Origin: Octopus bimaculoides | Lineage: Eukaryota | Direction: 5' to 3' | NCBI RefSeq assembly: GCF_001194135.2 | Contig: NC_068983.1 | Span: 76,664,819 to 76,721,930, forward strand | Length of the DNA: 57,112 nucleotides | Part shown: piece after piece, positions 50,489 through 57,112 of the stretch | Layout of the letters: each line of letters opens with the position of its first letter | Position numbering within the stretch: position 1 is the stretch's first letter | The notes under the pieces: model-generated | Told to the model about the DNA's origin: nothing | What the model saw: the letters and a program-made list of their open reading frames with translations, nothing else | Database searches by the model: none | Position numbers and translations under genes: made by a program

Positions 50489-50650
50489 GAGAATTCACAA
50501 AAAACAAAAACAAAACAGCGAAAATGAAGCCAGGTGGTTTAGATAACAAACAGATGTCTTTAACGTTTCGAGCCTACGCTCTTCCACAGAAAGGAACACA
50601 GAAAGAAACAGGTAGAGAAGATAAAGAATGCGTAGTGGCTAGCGATCTAT
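50488..50650 (-). mobile_element. Penelope-like-element terminal remnant abutting (TA)n
   Basis: Contains a minimal hammerhead motif and has the same organisation as 16089-16310 (hammerhead, T-rich tail, then TA repeat). Confidence 0.55.
50558..50593 (-). ncRNA. Minimal type I hammerhead ribozyme-like motif (A6U variant)
   Basis: Minus strand CTTT-CTGTGGA-A-GAGC-GTAG-GCTC-GAAACGTT-AAAG: stem I CTTT/AAAG, stem II GAGC/GCTC, palindromic AACGTT stem III. Confidence 0.6.
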
Positions 50651-51618
50651 TATGTCTGTTCATGACATTTCGGCTTCATCATCCAAAGCAAATGATTTTA
50701 TAAGAGACAATGACGCTTTGTAATGTGTCAACGCACGTGTTACCTCCAGTCTCCAGGTGCCGATATCCTACGTCGCACTCGCTAACAGTTCTGGCAATCA
50801 TCTACACTTGTTTGTCAAACGCACAGAAATTGTCATTTACACCACAAATATATACATCAATTACTAGAAAATTCCGAAGGACAGAAATTATCATTTATTT
50901 TCTTGATGATAATTTTCCCAGTTGCAAAAATATATATGATACATTTGGTACATTGAATGTCTGTATGTATGTGTTTATAATTGTATGTATATATGGGTGA
51001 GTATGTGCGTGTGAGTTTATGTCTAGGTGTATACGTGAGAAACATAACTGTTCCATGACATCACGCTAATGATAGGTGAAAAGCTTGTTGGAAGAAAACA
51101 AATTTCTACCTGGAATATCGACATTTTCACTTTTTATAGTGAACAGTGAGACACAAAAACACGCACAGACATATGTGTGTGTATGTATGTGTACGTGTGT
51201 GTGTATGTATGTTTACGTGTGTGTGCATGTGTGTATGTGTTAATAGTTTCACTAAAAATCCACTTGCATAAGACTGCATGGAAATGTAAAAACACTTCTG
51301 ATCATGAGAATAGTTGCTTCTCAGCCACAAGGGTTTCACACGTAGTTAGAACAGCTTTTGATTGTAGAATGGGTATCATTTGAACTGCTTTGTTCAGATG
51401 ACGTGACGTAAGCACTATTTGTAGACTGGTGTTGTTGAATGTATGGAGGTCACTAGGAAGTGTCGAACGCTACTGAGAAAGAAGGTTACTGGCTGGTGTT
51501 AGAATCAGAAGCTGGCAGTTAATGGTATGTCAGAAACCATTGTAGCACGAGTTGATGAAATACTCTCGCTTGCTTTAGGTAGAGGTTACAGTAAAATATA
51601 GAAGTATATTTGTTACAA

Positions 51619-51840
51619 GGAGGCGAGTTGGTAGAAACCTTAGCACTCCGGGCAAAATGCTTAGCGGTATTTCGTCTGCCGTTACGTTCTGAGTTCAAAT
51701 TCCGCCGAGGTCGACTTTGCCTTTCATCCTTTCGGGGTCGATTAAATAAGTACCAGTTACGCACTAAGGTTGATATAATCGACTTAATCCCTTTGATTGT
51801 TCTCTCTGTGTGTAGCACCTTGTGGGCAGTAAATAAATAA
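51619..51840 (+). mobile_element. SINE family A, full length (tail type 3)
   Basis: Head GGAGGCGAGTTGGTAGAAACCTTAGCAC, B-box GAGTTCAAATTCC and tail CCTTGTGGGCAGTAAATAAATAA. Confidence 0.88.
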
Positions 51841-52168
51841 ATAAAATATAGAAGCTTATGAAGGATTTCAGAAGTACGGTTTGTGATAGTAATAAAATTA
51901 GTAAATGTATGGCAATAATTATTGAATAATATTAATATCACGTGGTTAAAATTTATCCGGCATAGAGTAATAAACACGAGCATAGTTGCAACTATATATG
52001 ATTGTTACCCCTGGCTGATGAAATATGTGTGATTTCACAGAAGACAAATCAACTAGGCAGCGAGCAAAGAGTCAGCTAACATCCCACAAACACGAAGCAA
52101 TATATACTCCATTTCTTTTCATTTGTCCCGAAAAAAACTTTAGTGCCAATCACCTTCTCTAGTCTTTA

Positions 52169-53316
52169 CGGCGTTCGGCTGAAAAGTTCATAGGTTGATT
52201 ATGAAGTGTTGGTGCAAGAGCTGTGAAATCTGGTAAGCGTTAATTTTAACTTTTCTTATTAATAATTACATTGTTTTTACTCCAGGTAAACTGACATCCG
52301 ACTGTTCAAGTTAAACGTCAACAGTAACTAGTAGTGATCACTCTTGAAAATGGACAATCTTTGGAATCGTAGTATTATCAAGTACCTACAGAAAAATGTT
52401 ATAATCCTCAAGGCCATTAATGCGACATGGTTGCTACATTAGGCGATGATGCTCCATCTTTATCAACAGGGCAAATGTGGGAAACTAAATTTAAGTAGAA
52501 GGGATAATCTTGCTAGGTGTCCTGCAAATATCACTACCTAGGGAAATATTGATGTTCACCACATGGTAATGGATTGCAGGTGATTGATTATGATTTAAAT
52601 AGTCAAGGATATTAGCATATCCCGCGAAAGACTTGAGAATATATTGCACAAAGAACTTGGCATGGCGAAGATTTCAGGCAGATGTAGCTGGTTTCTTTAA
52701 ATGTCTCCTACCCCCGGCTGCATGCTGGGTTCATTGCCGTGAGCCAGAGAAAAGGGACAATCCATACATTAAAAACATTCCTCCTCAACTGGTCTAAGAA
52801 AGGCTAAAGTCGTTTCATCTGCAAGGAAGGTGATGAACTCAGTAGTTTGGGATGCAAAAGGCAATGTCTTTATTGACTACCCTCAAAATAGCCACACCAT
52901 CAATGGAGAACCTATCAAGACCAAAATCCAGACAATTGATGAAAGTTGTCTTGTTTCGTCAGGACAATCCTCCAGCACAATCATCTTTGGTTTCAATGAC
53001 TGCTGTGCGTGACTGTAGATTTAAACTAGTTGCTTAACCACCCTATTCTCCTGATTTGGAGCCATCTGATTATCATCTGATCCCTAACATAAAAATGCAC
53101 TTGCCTGGGAACAAGTATTGCAGTGATGACGTTATACCTGCTGCTGATATCATTTTGACCATGTTGAAAGTTTCTTTACCAATGAGTTCCAAGTACAGCA
53201 ACAGCTCTGGAAGAAGTGCATAGACCACAAGGGGACCATGCTGAAAAATAAACTTCATTTGGTTACATTCCCTAAGAGTATCTGGACCAGTCTATGAACG
53301 TTTCAGTCCATACCCG
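52169..53316 (+). mobile_element. Mariner element with both TIRs and TA TSD, internally deleted, non-functional
   Basis: TA at 52167-68 and 53317-18; TIRs match at 23/32 including the TA. Decayed transposase: MDNLWNRSIIKYLQK; MVATLGDDAPS; ISISRERLENILHKELGMAKIS; CWVHCREPE; KKAKVVSSARKVMNSVVWDAKG; FRQDNPPAQ; PPYSPDLEPSDYHL; WKKCIDHKGDHAEK*. Confidence 0.92.
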
Positions 53317-55726
53317 TAGTCTATCTTCGTTTACAATACCTTGCTTTTAACCAGTCTTTGAGAAGTGCCTCGGAGCAAGACAAATTTTGTTCCTCTATCC
53401 CACCATAACTTTTTGCAAAACCTTCACATAGAAAGTGGACCAATTCAACATCTTCCTAACATACACTGTAGACTGCAGCATATCAAACAAATGTTGATCC
53501 ATTAGATAACAGAGTTTTATTGCAGTTATAAAATGAAGACAGTTCCACGAAATGTACGTGTGACAATATTTGTGTTAAGGTACTCATGAGCAGTAAACTC
53601 GCAGTTGCGCTGCCTTTGAGAATCCTACCCTTGTTCTCCTTCATATTTGTAGTGTCTGCTACGAAGTTTCACCTGAATTTCTGACCCTGTACGATGAACG
53701 ACTGCTTCATGGCTGGAAATTTTGCACCGTTCCTGGCGGATTGCATCGCACCGAGAATCTCCTTCCACATCGCAAATGCAACTCCCTGGCCCACAGCTAC
53801 CTTCGCTTCTCACTTATATCCATTATAGATTAGAAGCCTCGTTTTGAAGTAGTTGAATTATTAAATACCTACATCCTCATAACCAAGAAATCTATGTTTG
53901 TTTAAAATTCTTTGGCCACCAATGTCAATAGTAGACGCAATTTTTTCAATAGACAAATAGTAATACTTTAGACACGGAAACACTTCAAATGTTGCATACA
54001 TAGTAGTTGACACAAAATTGTTGGTAACAACACAAACAGGTAACAATAAATCTTTGCCTTTACAGAAATCAGTTTCCTGTTAAACAAATTCAACTACTCG
54101 CTACTATATATAAATCATATTTATTCATATGCGTATGTATGTCTGTCTTGTGTTTGTATGTGTTCTCCCAATGATGTTTTTTTTTATTTACATTTCCCTT
54201 AAGAGAACGTTAGAATAAACACCACCTTTAAAAAAGTTAAATTGTGGGATTGATTCGTTCGACTAAAATCTTTGACGACGGTACCGCAGCATGGCACATT
54301 CCAATGACTGAAACAGGTAAAACACGAATTTATTTACATAAGTAAACATATGTATATACATGTGCATATTTCAGTGTGTATGTGTGTGTGTGTGTATGCG
54401 CGCGCGCGTGTATGTGTGTGTGTGTCTAAGTTCGTCGGGTCCGGTACTATATTAATGCAGGCCATTATAGCATAATTGACACAAGGATTCATAACAGACA
54501 CACATTAGCAACAATTATGCAGAAAGATACACTTACACATATACATGTATGCACACGCATTCACACAGACACACACACGCACACACAGCCACGCACACGC
54601 ATGTAATGCGAATGATGTTACTGGCATATATAACGGTAACGTTGGAAACATTATGAATAATAATAATAGATAGGATAGTAAAAATAATGATACTAATAAT
54701 ACCAATTTTATTAATGTTAATAACCTTAAGAATAACTATCATAAAGCCATAATAATAACAACAACAGTAATAGTTATAGTAATAATAATACACATAGTAG
54801 AAACATGAAGAACGCTAATAAGAACTCATTTGTTAATTATGAAGTGAAAAGTTGCAGTTTAAGAGAGAAAGCGGAATGTGCAATGGGAAATGAATGTCTA
54901 CAAAAGACCATCATATATAAAAACACATTCTATATTCAAGCAAAACGTTTGCATATATAGTTGCTACAAGTGATTTAAAAATAGAAGTTCGATGGCGTAA
55001 TGCCGTTGTATTATGCCAAAGCGAAGACAAAGGCAGAACACATCTCTCACCAACCTCATATGGAATTCCATAGAAAAAGAGCACTATGTACTATTCCCTG
55101 TCACTGACAAGAACTGCGTACCCGTACAATGTGAACTATAGATTAAGCAATCTTTGCTTAGAAGATATTCTGTGCCTCTTATTATTCGAGGATTAATTAA
55201 TTAACATACACTCTGACATCTTTACGAGGCGTAACTAACTTTAGGAAGTTTTTCAATACATATTCAGAAAATATTTAGTAGCGAGCATTTAATTACTTAA
55301 TCAATATAAGTGAGGATTTTATTCATGCAACCCTCTGTAAGTAAGTTTGCATATTCAAATACAGTATGTGAATATGCAAATTTATTCATATAATTTTGCT
55401 AAGCTTTATTGTTATTGCTCTTAGCTATATCGTAAATTGTAAATCAACATTTGATTTTCCCTATGTATGTATGTATGTATGTATGTATGTATGTATGCAT
55501 GTATGTATGTATGTGTGTTATGTATTTCTTCTCATTTCAGTCATGAGACCGCGGCCCTGCAAAGGATCTGCCTTGCATTTTAGTCGAAGTTATCGACCTC
55601 AGGATTTATTATCTATACATTTGTAAACCTGGTACATTCGATCTTAGCCGAACCGCTAAGAAACGTGGATGTAAGAACCAGTGGTGGGGAACAAGTACAT
55701 ACAAAGAGTCGCACACACTCATGTAC

Positions 55727-55768
<42 letters not shown>

Positions 55769-55792
55769 TTGCGTGCGTGCGTGTGTATATAG

Positions 55793-55860
55793 GACGGGTT
55801 TCTTTCGGTTTCGGTCTACCAAATCCATACACAAGGTTTCCGTCAGCACTAGGCTATATA
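55793..55860 (-). mobile_element. SINE family D 3' fragment
   Basis: Minus strand TATAGCC..CCTTGTGTATGGATTTGGTAGACCGAAACCGAAAGAAACCCGTC, homologous to 55885-55909 (+) and 56760-56815 (+). Confidence 0.65.
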
Positions 55861-55884
55861 GGTGTGTATATGCGAGTACATAGC

Positions 55885-55909
55885 AGACGGCAACTGAAAG
55901 AAACCCGTC
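55885..55909 (+). mobile_element. SINE family D 3' fragment (inverted partner)
   Basis: AGACGGCAACTGAAAGAAACCCGTC is 22/25 complementary to 55793-55817. Confidence 0.6.
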
Positions 55910-56333
55910 ACAGACAAGGACGCAACACGCATATACGCACGCGCATATGCACGCACACACGCACACGCACCCGCACACTCACGCCTTTTTCCATTTCTTT
56001 TGATAGGCTGAACTGAATTTGCGGTTTAGGTTCAAATGATATTTGTTTTTTAACTGTTATATTCTAATGAAATGATTGTAATTGAATCAACGTGAGGTAT
56101 CTATTCTGTGGAATATGTTTGGATTTAGCAAACTCTTTGTGTTTATGACTTAAACACTACACTTACCAATCTTGCAGAAATAATAGTGAGATGATGTAAA
56201 ACAAATACCACCACGAGTGATGTCCAAACTATAGTGGAAAAGGTAAGCCACTGGATTTGGTTAACAAGAAACGGTGAGCAACGACTAGAAAAATATTCAG
56301 CTATATCTGATAACCATAATAATCATGAGAGGC

Positions 56334-56476
56334 CGGTGTGCGATGATGCTGTCAAGAAGTAGGCCACGAAACGGCGCGCATCCTCTCTTGATGATCCCAC
56401 ACATCTTCTGGCATCCGGTATGCGGACCTTTCGACTCGTAGCACTTGCATGTGCAAGTTGTTTGCAAAACATCTAT
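56334..56476. repeat. Unclassified 143-bp repeat, copy 2
   Basis: 120/143 identical to the reverse complement of 41625-41767; about 51% GC. Confidence 0.9.
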
Positions 56477-56707
56477 GATAATATTTAGGCAATGATCTAC
56501 TGGTAAGGTGGAGATTAACCCATTGTAGTATTATGCCATAAAGTGTGTTTGCTCAATCGTTTATGTTTTCTTTATATGTTATTCAACGAATATCTACATA
56601 TTTCTACATGTATCTTCGGCAATGTAATCTATTTTGGCCATATTTTAGTCGATACCCGTAGACGGTCTATCTGAAGCAAACTACAAGGTATATATCAAAA
56701 TTGAATT

Positions 56708-56815
56708 GAACCATATGGTTCTGGGTTCAGTTCCACTGCATGACAGGTAGAGTATCTTCGGGCCGACCCATGCCTGGTTAGTGGATTTCCTACATGGAAG
56801 CTGACGGAATCTCGT
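56708..56815 (+). mobile_element. SINE family D, degenerate and internally deleted
   Basis: B-box-like GGTTCAGTTCCACTG, then CGGGCCGACC..TAGTGGATTT..GGAAGCTGA..; followed by a TA repeat. Confidence 0.55.
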
Positions 56816-57079
56816 TATTTATATATATATACGTACCTATACACAATGCCAAAATATCTGAGGGATATCCATGGCGTGAGAGAATATGTTTTCAAGAAGC
56901 AACTTGATCAACGGTGCCAGATGAACTAATATCAAGGCAGGAAGCCAAAAAAGGGCACCAGTGTTGAACTCCTTACTTCCCCAAAAACCAATAACTGAAG
57001 ATTGGTCATTTAAAAGTCGATCACACTGACTGTGCCTCATCATAGTCACACTATTAGGCTGAAACATAAAAGAATAAGA

Positions 57080-57084
<5 letters not shown>

Positions 57085-57112
<28 letters not shown>
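57085..57112. repeat. (TA)n microsatellite at window end
   Basis: Directly visible. Confidence 0.95.

Noticed and set aside
53653-53780. Possible third copy of the 143-bp repeat (shared TGCTACGA and CGCACCGAG)
   Set aside because: Only two short words match and the intervening sequence does not align.
1-57112. CRISPR arrays, prokaryotic operons, rRNA genes
   Set aside because: No repeat-spacer array, dense ORF cluster or rRNA motif; the sequence is eukaryotic repeat-rich DNA.

Overview
AT-rich, microsatellite-dense animal genomic DNA (intronic or intergenic) from a short-read-type assembly: seven N gaps, each with a (TA)n tract on at least one side. The SINE and retroelement families resemble those I recall from octopus genomes, so a coleoid cephalopod origin is an inference. 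No host protein-coding gene, rRNA, functional tRNA or CRISPR array can be supported. Most ORF-track entries are microsatellite, N-gap or low-complexity artefacts. Recognisable coding sequence is all decayed transposon: two R4/Dong-like RLE non-LTR pieces (1-1250), three mariner remnants (one with both TIRs, 52169-53316), a CR1/L2-type RT fragment, a Penelope-like element with RT and GIY-YIG (20029-21921), a Tx1/L1-type endonuclease fossil, and a Helitron RepHel N-terminus carrying about 8 STPR-like 23-aa repeats. At least four tRNA-derived SINE families are present. The most interesting unexplained structures are: (1) a 65-nt pre-miRNA-like hairpin whose loop holds a splice acceptor of a candidate 40-nt exon (43790-43854); (2) a ~510-bp inverted repeat pair (48563-50020) whose arms carry degenerate hammerhead signatures; (3) several Penelope-type minimal hammerhead ribozyme motifs, one nearly intact; (4) an unclassified 143-bp GC-richer repeat present twice in inverted orientation; and (5) a SINE family with three interchangeable 3' tails.
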